From assembly GCA_051362555.1 (NCBI GenBank), contig CM120640.1:67000788-67064787 (forward strand): a DNA stretch of 64,000 bases, in the 5' to 3' direction. Shown in pieces: positions 26,911-37,475 of this stretch; positions within the stretch are counted from its first letter, which is position 1; every line of letters begins with the position of its first letter. Origin of the DNA: Lingula anatina. Lineage: Eukaryota > Animalia > Brachiopoda. The position numbers were made by a program, and so were the translations under genes. The notes under the pieces were generated by a model that did no database searches, had not been told where the DNA came from, and was given only the letters and a program-made list of their open reading frames with translations.

Positions 26911-27739
26911 GGGAATCCCCATATTTTATACAAGTTATAACCAATATCAAACATATCTGTTAATGTTGATAGTTGCATAATCCCTTTATACAACCAAATA
27001 TTTCTAATAGATATTTTTGAGTATTATGGATTGGGAAAAGAAAACAATTTTCTGTTGGATAATTAGGACACACAAACTGATGACGTACTAATCATACGAT
27101 CCCTTTGCGGCATTTCATACATTACTGTTTGGCAGTTACTAAAAATAGACATTTGGCCATATCTGTCGTGGTTAGAAATGTGTAGATTTTTTTATAAGAA
27201 CAAACTTGTAGTTTATTTCTTTTTTAGGCTCAAAATAAGCTGATAATATTCTTTTTGGGTCGATGAAAATAAAAACTTTTTTGTAGCACTAAAATCGATG
27301 ACGAGCTCAACAAGGAAGTGCCGGGAATTTCAATTACAGAGGTGTTGGAAAACGAGAATGTAACGCTGTCAAGTATCTATGAATATAGGTAGATTCTCCT
27401 TCTGAGTGTTTAGCTTCGTTAAAGATGTTTTGTTCATTGATTTATGAAAAAGTTTCGCCTTTGAGCTTTCGAACAGGTAATTGCGCTGATAAAACTAAGT
27501 TTTCCCAAGCGCTCAAGACAAGGGGCGTCGCTCCAGCACACGAACAAAACATCGTGACTCGATATGAGAAACAGACAATCTGGCGTTTTTAACCTCCAAA
27601 TTCTACAAAAAAAAAAAAAAAACAATTTATCTAATAAATAGTACGACCACGTTTTTTATATATATATTTTTTAATGAAGTTTGATTATATTCATTATTTC
27701 TGAAGATCACAATTATAACCAAAAGTATTTCGATTGAGC

Positions 27740-28497
27740 GTGGTTAGGTATATCAGAAAATTTTTCAAATTGATCAGAAAATTAAAATACTTATATCTTC
27801 TGAAAGGTAATGCAAAAAACAGATGAATTCTTTTGGAATTTTTAAAATATTCCTACAAGCAACAAAGATATTGAAGTATTTTAACTGCAAAATTTCACCA
27901 AAAGTGTCCACACTTTTCAGCTAGAGACCCGTGACCACTAACCAGCAGTAATCACTCAGCTGTAGCTGCAGCTCAAATTGCTTGTGACCAATTAGGGCAA
28001 TTAGGGCTCTATGTTAATCTAATGACCCGAAAACAAACCCGAAAATTGGAGACTGCACAAGCACATGGCTGGGATGGCTTCCGTGCAGATCATTGCGCAT
28101 CAAATAAACTATACTTCGCATGGTTCAATTTTCATGATTTTTCGGCATAATATTGCAAATTTCATGAACTTTACACAGAATAAATTACAAAAACTTCCAT
28201 GCAGTACTTATCTGAAATTTTTAACATTTTGTCGAGGCAAAACTTAAAAACATCCTCAAATCGGGGCCGTAGCAATAGTCCGAAGGTTCAATAGTCCGAA
28301 GGTTCATTGGTCCGAATATTCACTATAGAACCTTCGGACCAATGAACCCTTGATTAAAAAATCGATGAAAATGTTACCACTTTTCAGACCAATGAACCTT
28401 CGGACCAATGAACCTTCGGACTATCGAGACGCCCCCCTCAAATCAAAGTTCTCTAAGACTGCAACACGGAAAATCATGTGACCGGAATTTACTCTTT
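27740..28497. mobile_element. Degenerate non-autonomous DNA transposon remnant hosting the 8-bp-TSD MITE
   Basis: CpG-rich non-coding block ending ...GACCGGAATTTACTCTTT, reminiscent of Kolobok-like termini. The left end is not resolved. Confidence 0.3.
28263..28436. mobile_element. MITE with 8-bp TSD and 16-bp subterminal repeats, copy 1
   Basis: Termini GGGGCCGTAGCAATAGTCCGAAGGTTCA...TGAACCTTCGGACTATCGAGACGCCCCC. TSD CTCAAATC (28255-28262, 28437-28444). Second copy at 53882-54039. Confidence 0.9.
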
Positions 28498-29406
28498 GAT
28501 TTACAGCTTATTTAGTAAATGGCTTGTATTTGTTTATTTACATGGAGTTAAAAGAGATATTTAAAAAAAAGGGATGTCATAGGTGAGCTGTTAGCAGGTA
28601 CATGTAGGTCTCGGTTTTGCACTTCACTGCCCCTGGATAGTTACTACCTAGCGGATTGTGATATACCTAGCGTGGTCTACGATTATTTTCATAACAAAAT
28701 TTCAATTTTTACAGGTTAAAATCATCACCTGCAGATTAGTGCCAGTCCAGTTTGAAAAATAAGTTCTGTTTGTCATGTCGCCGCAGTGACAGTTAAATAT
28801 GTCATGTTAGTTAATTTTGCTGGTCAACATGGGTTTTCTGTTATGAATTACCTAAATATAACCGTTTTACGTTTTCGAATGCATTTTGCAATAACATTCA
28901 CACTAGCGCTCAAGGATTATTTTCCTTATCAAGAGTGGGGGAGGGGTGGAAAAATCCCATGTGGGGCCACATATAACTCTAAGTACAAAGCGAATCCCCT
29001 AACAATAAAGGCAAGATAAATGTTATTCTAAGGAAAGTCCGATGGATTTACTTTTTAGTACATATACAGTACTATCAACAGAACATTTCTATAATAATTT
29101 CTCAAAATGACACCAGAAAGCAAATTAAGTAAAATCCATCAGACAGTAAACACTGGCAGGCTTTGTCAATTTCACCATTTGTTTATTTCAAACAGCGCAA
29201 TTTCGCGCATGCACAGTAGTTTGAATCCTGTGCTGGGTGTCCCCCATTTGAAATTCTTAATTTAACATTAAATGTGGGTTAATCTATCTTGGATGCAGTT
29301 GTGGTACATGGCTGTCACTTTTGTTCAATATCAACGATAGAGAATGATTGTATTATTTTGATGCTTTTTTAATACTATTAAAATAATAGAGGCTTTCAAT
29401 TCTAGG

Positions 29407-32400
29407 ATGTATGAAGAAACATGTGTTGTGATTGCAAGGAAAACTGGCAAACGGGAGAAGCTGGAAGAAGCAAGCTGTAGTGGTGTGGTTTTGGATCAAA
29501 AGAAGGGGATCGTCCTGACACATGCATCAATCTTAACATCCTTTATGTCAAGAGGAACATCAGTTAAATTACACCGCAGTGGTTGCTTGTACCAGAAAGA
29601 TGTACCAGGAGTTTGTAACATTTCTATATTGCTAAAATCTAAAACAAAAGTCAGAAAATCTGACATTCAACATCGACGTCATGGTGCCCACCCAAACTTC
29701 TACACTTCAGTTGTGAACTGTTCTCAACAGGATAATTATGAGACAAACATCAACTCATATCCTGCTGACATTATTAGTATTTTTAAGTGTAAATGCTTTG
29801 CCAACACGGTACTTGCACTTTTGCCAGAATCGGATGGCTGGAAGCTATCTGAAGAGACATCTGACAAAGCAGTAGAGCTTATATCAAAGATCCTTTTGTC
29901 CTGCTTTGTGGTGCTGAAACTTAGACATGATTTGTCAAAACTGGGTGACCTTGAAGTGGACATGTTCCCAGATCAGCCTCAGATTACTATTGGTGAAACA
30001 TCTTATATATGTGGCACTCCATTTGGTAGTCTTAGTCCAGAAGTTTTTATGAACTCGCTCAGCAAAGGAATTGTGTCAAATGTCAGTAGAGATGGTAGCC
30101 TGGTTCTGACTGATGCTAGATGTATACCTGGATCAGAGGGAGGGGCATTTTATGTTGAGACTTGCAATGATTTGCAGAGGTAATTTAATTGTTGTATTAT
30201 GAATATACATCATAATCACCATGTTGATCTTCTTTAAGAAATAAATAAATAAGATTGAAAGTCAAGTGCAGCAGTTAAGATCGACTATATAATTGGTATA
30301 AAGCCCCTTAGCTTTTGGTATGTGTGCCATCTTCAGGTCCCTGCCTTTGATGTGTTTATGCCCAGTTTCACAAGCCATCTATGTGTACATGTTTGTGTAT
30401 GCTTTACTTAATTTGCTATTATAGAACTAGAAAAGTGACTATTCCATGTGTTTTCTTTTCTTGCAGAAGGCTTTGTGGTATTGTTGTTTCTCCCCTGTGT
30501 TGGAAGAACAATGAATGGATTGGTATGGCTATAATTTGTAGTTTGTCTGCAGTGTTTCACTCTCTTCAGGAGTTTGTTCTTGGGAATCCACAAGAAGTTT
30601 ATCTCAGCCTTACAGCATCCAACAAAGATAAGATGGAAAACATTAAAGGTGAGTTACAGTAATCAATACATGTGAAAAGGTAGGTGATTAACACTTTCTG
30701 AATACAAATTAGATGACAAGTATGCTAATCCATTGAAAATCCATATACTTAGTTTAAAAGAAAATTTATCATGTGAGTAGTAATGAAAAGAATCTTGATA
30801 ATAACTAGGTCATATTGTATTATATATAGTCCTTATATTCATTCTAGCTATGTCCAGGAGAGTGGTCCTTGTGACATGTGGCAGTAGCTGGGGCTCAGGA
30901 ATTATTGTAGATGCTACAAATGGTATTGTCCTTACATGCAGTCATGTTTTAAAAGGGAACCATGCTAGAAAAGGTATTTTGTTAATAAAGAAAGACATAT
31001 ATATTGTACAGGGAAAAACACAAAACCTGGATGTACTTACAATATTTGATATAAAGCATATTTGAAATTGTTTTGATAAGTTATCTTTCTTATATCTGCC
31101 ATCTGTAAGACAAAATCCAAATTCAAACATATTGTATGTACTATTAAAAAAAAATTAACAACTGAATAAAAAACTGACAAAATTCCAAACAGTAAAAAAA
31201 GATATTGTTTCAAACATTTTCTCAAAATTTATAAGAGATGGAAAGATCTGGGTCCACAATGATCTCATCTGCAATAATTTCAGTGATGGTGAGACAAGAT
31301 TTGGACCACTCACAGTTGTGGCATAATGCCGAGGTGTTATACAAGAATGTATTGGGTGCTGTATATGATGTAGCTGTGTTGAAACTGATTCCTAATAGAA
31401 AGGTCAATAATAATGAAAGGACTCAAAGACTGAACTTAGACTTTGGAATGGAGAACCATGCAGAAACAGGTAAAAAGAGTCAGGGTTAAACAGCTTAATA
31501 TTTTGTTCGTTTACATATTATATTAATATATGCACAAATCCATTTTAGCTTAAATGTTTTTATGTCTACTTGTTTTATACAGGCAATATTCTCTTAAATA
31601 TGAGTTCACATTCATAATTGTTTTCTTCAAATTCAGGAGCTGAGGTTTTTGTAATTGGCCATGGTCTGATTGCAGTGGATAAAGAGCTAACACCTTCTTT
31701 ATCTAAGGGAATGGTGTCCAAAGTGATCTTTTCCCCTTCCAATGATCAACAATGTGTGATGATCCAGGTAGTCTACATAAGAGCAACAGCTCCATTTTCT
31801 TAAATCTAAGTCTAAGAAATTTGAATTTTACATCATGAAACTAGATTGCAGTTTTGCCAAATGAGGTACAGTGTGGTATCATAATGAATTTTGCTCTGAA
31901 ATACTCATTTTCACTCATTTTCAGACAACATGTGCAGTGCATGGCGGGGCAAGTGGGGGAGCAGTTGTATCTTCATCTGGGAGGCTGCTTGGCATGGTTA
32001 CTTGCAATGCAAAGTATATAAAGCAAATAGGTTTAAGGGACCAGGTTTAATGATGATCTTGTTTTTTAAAAGATGAAATGATGGAAGGGAGGAGGGATAA
32101 AATGTCTGCATCATAAAGTTGTAAAGAATGTATGAGTTTTGTTTGAAATCAATCAGAATGCCGTGTTGGCCCAGACCAAACATTTTTTAGGGAGGAATTT
32201 GTTTTTGAAACTTCACTGCATGTATGTCATCCATTACTGCCAGTTTACAAATGTAATTCTGAATCCTTAATGTCAACCCCAAGTTTTAGATCTGATTTGT
32301 GCAAGCTATTACAGGTTAAAAATATCTCATTTAGATAAGTTTTTAAGTAGATTCATATTTGAAAGTTCAGTTATAACTTGTATGTCTACATAGAGTGCAT

Positions 32401-35139
32401 TCAGAACAAATGATACGTGGACTAACTGATCTACCAACTAAATATGGCTGACCCCACTAAAAAGCAAGCTGCCCTAATCCCCTGATGGTCTCCCCACCTC
32501 CACGCGCACCATTAGACGGATTAAATCTTGGCTCAGAGTTTTAAATTCTAGGTTCCTGCAGCAACGGGGTGTGTGGAGGTGGGAGACCATCAGAGATTTA
32601 ATGGTTTCATTTTTATGTGGATCAGCCATATTTAGTCCATGGATCAACTTGTTCTGAATGCACTCATAGATGCATTCACTTATTTCATTCTAGAGATGTA
32701 GAATCTGGAGCCAGCTATCCTCATGTCAACATGAGTGTTCCTTTTACAGAGCTGTGGCCAGTGATATCAGAGTACAGCAGTTCTAAAGGTTAGACAATAG
32801 TGACAGTATGAATTGTTGAATTAATAGTGTCACAGACAATATATACCGTCAAATATGATGGTTTGTTTGTGTGAATATATTTGCTATGCATGGATCAGAG
32901 AAATGGTGGATCCACCGGATATGTCATGTAATGTTATATTTATGTCACTAGAATTCACATTTTGAGAATAGTGATTATGCACATAGCTGTATTCTTTCAA
33001 TTTCCTAGCTGCACAAAAATAGTAGTTTACACAGATGACCTTAATATTCATGAAGATATGAAATTAAATGAAACATCATTAAGTTTAAAGATGCATACAA
33101 AGTCAATTTTTTGTCACAAAAACCAACCAAATGCCAGCATATAGTTTCAAGTAGTATAACTAAGAGAATTACCAAAAGGCATTGTTTAATTTTACCCAAA
33201 AATGATGTTTGGACGGCTTTTTCTGCTGGCATTCTAAACTGTATGTCAATGGGGCAGGAAAGTAGGTCATGAAAGTAGGTTAAATTTACAACCAAAAATT
33301 TAAAGAAAGGAGCAGTCTAAAGGTCTTTTATGGCTGATCGAGTGATCTATTCAGTTAATCCCTTGGCATGTTGAATTTATTTGAGTCATATCAGAATCTA
33401 GTAGAAGTGGTGTACATGTGTTACTGGGAATCCACGCTCCACCGATGCTCGGTTCGCATGTACCTTTAAGCTACATGTACATCATAGCAGTCATTTAAGT
33501 GAAGAATTGTACAAGGTGAAAAATAGAAATTGTTCTCTTTCCAGATCCTTCTTGCTTTGAAAAGTTACATGTGAAAGACAAATTAGTTGAAAACCTTTGG
33601 CTGTTGAGAAAAACAGGTAACAGACAGAAAAATAGTGTCAGAAATTGGGCAGTTTTAAAGAAAATAATTGTTTGCTAAGTCAAAAAATAGTTGATAAAGC
33701 CACACTTTTTTATTTTTATGGATGACATCCTTTGGGGACCCCGAAATCGGTGCGAGAGGGCGAAAAAAAAAACAGTCAAAAAAAAAAAAGGTTTCTTAAG
33801 TAAAGGAATGCTGTCAGTACACAGCTGGAAACACAAATTTACCACAGAAACACGTATCAAACTAACAATATGTCTTTATCCATGCTCTCAAAATATTAAA
33901 GTTTTGTGAATACTTTGCAGAAAGGTAAAAAAAGTCATGAATAGGGTGTGACTGAATTGGCTATGTTGCGCTGTATTGCCGTGTATTGCGCATTTCAGTC
34001 ACACCATCTATGGGTATGAATAGACGGGCCCGTAGCCAGGGGGTTAGAAAGAACCACCCCTTTTGCTGGGAAAAGGTCCACTCTGGGTAAAATTTGATCT
34101 AGATACATTAAGTTTTTATGGAAAATGGTCCACTTTTTCAAAAAAAAGAACCCCCCTTCCCTTTTGAAATTGCTGGCTACGGGCTTAATAGACGTGCTGC
34201 ATCACTGCCCAATCTATTTAAGGTTATTTCATGCATTTTGTTGGTATAACAATCAATAAAACAAATATCAAACAAACAGCATGTCTTTATTTGTACTCTC
34301 AGAATATTAAAGCATTACACAGAAATGTTAAAAAATGATGCAAAGATATGCTTAATACTACCAATTCTATAAAAGGTCATTTCGGTCGATGCCATTTGGT
34401 CTACTTCGACTCACATGAAGCAGCCAAACTGTCGGGTGGCCTGACCGACCTACAGCCCACCAGATACCTCGACGCCCTGTCGACCCTTTTTTTTCGCTAC
34501 AAAAAAACCTGGTATGTGTTGCTTTGGACAGAATATCACTGAAATTTTGCGGGCGATAATTGCTGGCCGCCGCCAGCCTTTCGCACAATTGTAAAAAAGT
34601 GGATATCTCCATGCCCAATATCAATGGCATAACAACCCAAAACGACGGCCTCTTTATGACTTTATATAATTAATTGTCCTGTAATTTGAAAGTAATCCTA
34701 GAGATGAATTTGATGGCAAAGCGGCCATATTTCCACGTGGCAGTAATACGCATGCGCAGAAAGCACATTTTCTGGCAAATTGAATAACGACGTTTGCGAC
34801 AACCGACTTCGATGGGGGGGGGAGGGGGGATTTTTTTTTTTTTTTTTTTTTGAGAACGGACGAAAATCGGTGCACGCGCAGGATGTCATCCATAAAAATA
34901 AAAAAGTGTGGCCTAAGAAAGACATTGTAAAAAAAAAAGAGGAAAATTAGACTGCAAAACTTTGTACGTTATAAATCATTTTAATTGTTTGTTTTTAACC
35001 AACACTTTTATTCACACTTTTGCTTTAGAAGTACAAATCCAGATGTTTATTATGTCAATAATTTTGAACAATCAGTTTTAATAGCATGTTTTATCTATTT
35101 TCAGATGAAGACTCTGATGAGGTGAAGAGTAAACTCTGA
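29407..35139 (+). CDS. TYSND1: Peroxisomal leader peptide-processing protease TYSND1, 9 coding exons
   Basis: Two trypsin-like halves: SCSGVV...GIVLTHAS, TPFGSLSPEVFMNSLSKGIVSN, TDARCIPGSEGG, WGSGII...LTCSHV, YDVAVL, TTCAVHGGASGG, YPHVNMSVP. C-terminal PTS1 SKL*. Exons: 29407-30179, 30467-30648, 30848-30973, 31284-31469, 31637-31767, 31925-32013, 32694-32788, 33545-33616, 35105-35139. Confidence 0.95.
32393..32665. mobile_element. MITE with long nested inverted repeats and 3-bp (ATA) duplication
   Basis: TIR GAGTGCATTCAGAACAA...TTGTTCTGAATGCACTC, plus internal inverted blocks (AAATATGGCTGA/TCAGCCATATTT and CTGATGGTCTCCC/GGGAGACCATCAG). Related fragments at about 41780-41932 and 43520-43718. 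Confidence 0.85.
33698..34913. mobile_element. 1.2-kb non-autonomous TIR transposon (TAA TSD; PIF/Harbinger- or Zator-like) in the last TYSND1 intron
   Basis: 34-bp TIRs (A/G)GCCACACTTTTTTATTTTTATGGATGACATCCT, 33 of 34 identical. TAA on both sides (33695-33697, 34914-34916). No recognisable transposase ORF. Confidence 0.85.
34026..34186. mobile_element. MITE nested inside the 1.2-kb element
   Basis: TIR GCCCGTAGCCAG...CTGGCTACGGGC, flanked by the direct repeat AATAGAC(G). Confidence 0.8.
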
Positions 35140-35327
35140 TGTTCAAATGGGGAAAACTGTAACCAGATAATTTGTGATAATTTATAAGACTGATTAGTGC
35201 CAATTATCAAAGCTGTATTATAATAGAATAAAAAAAATATAATTTCAAGATTGTTTTTTGTTATACTTTGAGCATGATCAATTGCTTATAAAGTTAGCTC
35301 ATGAACCATTTACTGTGTTTGCATGTA

Positions 35328-35533
35328 CAGTGCCTGATTTAGAGGGGTGTCAGGGGTATCCTGACCCACCTTCGATTTCTGCGAAACATCACACCAATGG
35401 TCTCCTCTTGAAATTAGAAATTTGAAATTAGAATTTTGACTAGCTGGCACCATTCACCCTCTAAAAAGGGGTTGGTGAGGAGGGTTGGCTTTGTATCCGC
35501 GGCCCCCCTTCCATTATACTGGATCTGCCCCTG
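35328..35533. mobile_element. Degenerate MITE (CAG...CTG termini, about 6-bp TSD)
   Basis: Right end CTGGATCTGCCCCTG, left end CAGTGCCTGATTTAG (imperfect). Flanks CATGTA and CAGGTA. Confidence 0.55.
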
Positions 35534-35657
35534 CAGGTACATCTTATCTTGAAAAAACATGCTACTTGGCATACTATCTTGGACATGATGGTAGCTTGTT
35601 TCTAGAAAAGTGTGGATCTCTGACTGGAAGAGTTCAATCATGTTTTACTTGTTTTAA

Positions 35658-36451
35658 GGGACGGATGTACCCAAATATAGCTAAAAATCGTCATTTTTGG
35701 TTTTTTATGTCTAATTATTGATTAAATGTGTATCTAACGTTTAACAGAATAAAATTTTCACATTTTGAACAAAAAATATGTTTTTTTCTGAGGATTCTGA
35801 TGCTGCACACATCGGCACCGGTGGCCTGGTCTATGCCCCGCCTTCGTTGTCAAGGGCCGTTGGCATGGGTAAACTCGGTGGGCGGACCTCAGCAGCATCA
35901 GCCCGACTCGAGAAACAATAGAACAGGGATGCGTCATACCCCCTTTGTCATAAACAGCGATCGGCAAAGCAGTGCCTATTGTTCCGCGTAAGCTGTTTTG
36001 ATAGTCGCTCTTGATTGTGATCAGCGCTGAGATGAATCTTTTCCGACACATTGGATTTGCTCGAAATACGCGTTTTGATTGATCCTCTCTTTTCTAATTT
36101 ATAGACTTTGAAAGTGAAAATTCCCTAATATTTTGATGTAATTTCACGTTTTTATAGATACAATCAACAATAAGTGTCTGAAGAAAAATCCCTGACTCCA
36201 TGCTGTAGTACTTTGTTCAAGTGTTCTAATGCCATCAAAAGCAAGTTTATAGCTGTCCAGGTGCCTGAGAAAATCAGGTGTATAAAAATGGCGTTTTTGT
36301 CCCCAAAATCCCAATATTACGTCACACGATGAAGTTGGAGCTGTGTTCCAAGCATTATTAGATATTTTGAAGATACATTAAATGAATGTGACAGGAATAA
36401 AAAAGCCCAGACCTTTATTTTAAGAGAAAATCTCAAACCTACATTCCCCCC
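35658..36451. mobile_element. TTAA-flanked non-autonomous DNA transposon (Kolobok-like)
   Basis: TTAA at 35654-35657 and 36452-36455. Imperfect termini GGGACGGATGTA and TACATTCCCCCC. The interior is CpG-rich, unlike the flanks. Confidence 0.55.
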
Positions 36452-36893
36452 TTAATCTTATCAACATTACAAAAAGGTGCATTCTGCCAAAGTACGGTAA
36501 GATGTCTTTAAAAATATATATATATATATTTACATGTTGAAAAGTGACTATTTATTAATAAAAATTGCCAGTTCATAAATCCTGTTTAATGAAGGTAAAA
36601 ATGGTTTGTTGATGATAAAGATAACAGATAATGTATTTTTTAAGAGATTAAAATGCGATTAAAATATAGACTTAGTCACTCTATGACCACAGGTTCTGCT
36701 AGTAACCTGTTACCAATTTTTTATTGCATCTGATATACTTAAAAATTTTATAGGTACATTTCAACTAACATTTGATAGACTTGGGGGAAATACCATTGTG
36801 GTAACTGGGATGCTAGATGAGCTAGCTGGCTTTGTCTTGTCATGGTATGGTCTTATCTTGGGTCTGAGCTCTTTCGGACAGAGGAAAGAAAAT

Positions 36894-37436
36894 ATGGCTG
36901 CAGTGGTCGATAGCTTCAGCTTTTTAGCAAAAGAAATTATTAGTGTCCTCACATCATTTAGAGACGCATTGGCATTAATAGGTGCAATTTATGCAGCAAG
37001 AAAGACCCTTGGATTGAGTTACAAAGTTGTCAGCGCGATTCGATTCGTTCTTTACACCAAATTTGGACGCAGAGATCTAGTTCGCTATGGACATTGGGCA
37101 GGTAATGATTTGGTGCGTGTGCTGTTTGTGTAACTGTCACAGGCTTAGTAATTTGCACCATAGGTGTCTTTGAAAAGAAATGGAAAAACAAAATGGACAT
37201 AGGCGCCTTTCATTTGACTAAAATGTATAATACTACGATTTTTCCGGTTTGTAAAATATTATGTTCACTGAGCATGGTACTAGTACTTGTAAATACATGT
37301 ACATGTACATGTACAGTACATGTCAAGGTATGAGAGATTCATTGACATACAAGAATCAGAGACCAATCCGCGATGATTGCAAACTGCATGTACTTAAAAT
37401 TATACTGTAATCTACAAATGAATGGGCAGCTTTTGT

Positions 37437-37475
<39 letters not shown>

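Noticed and set aside
26938-26959. Minus-strand AGATATGTTTGATAT resembling miR-190
   Set aside because: No complementary arm to form a precursor; AT-rich chance match; miR-190 normally lies in a talin intron.
36798-36893. N-terminal extension of HSDL1 suggested by the ORF track
   Set aside because: Similarity to HSDL1 begins at the ATG at 36894. An upstream in-frame ATG near 36810 cannot be fully excluded but has no support.
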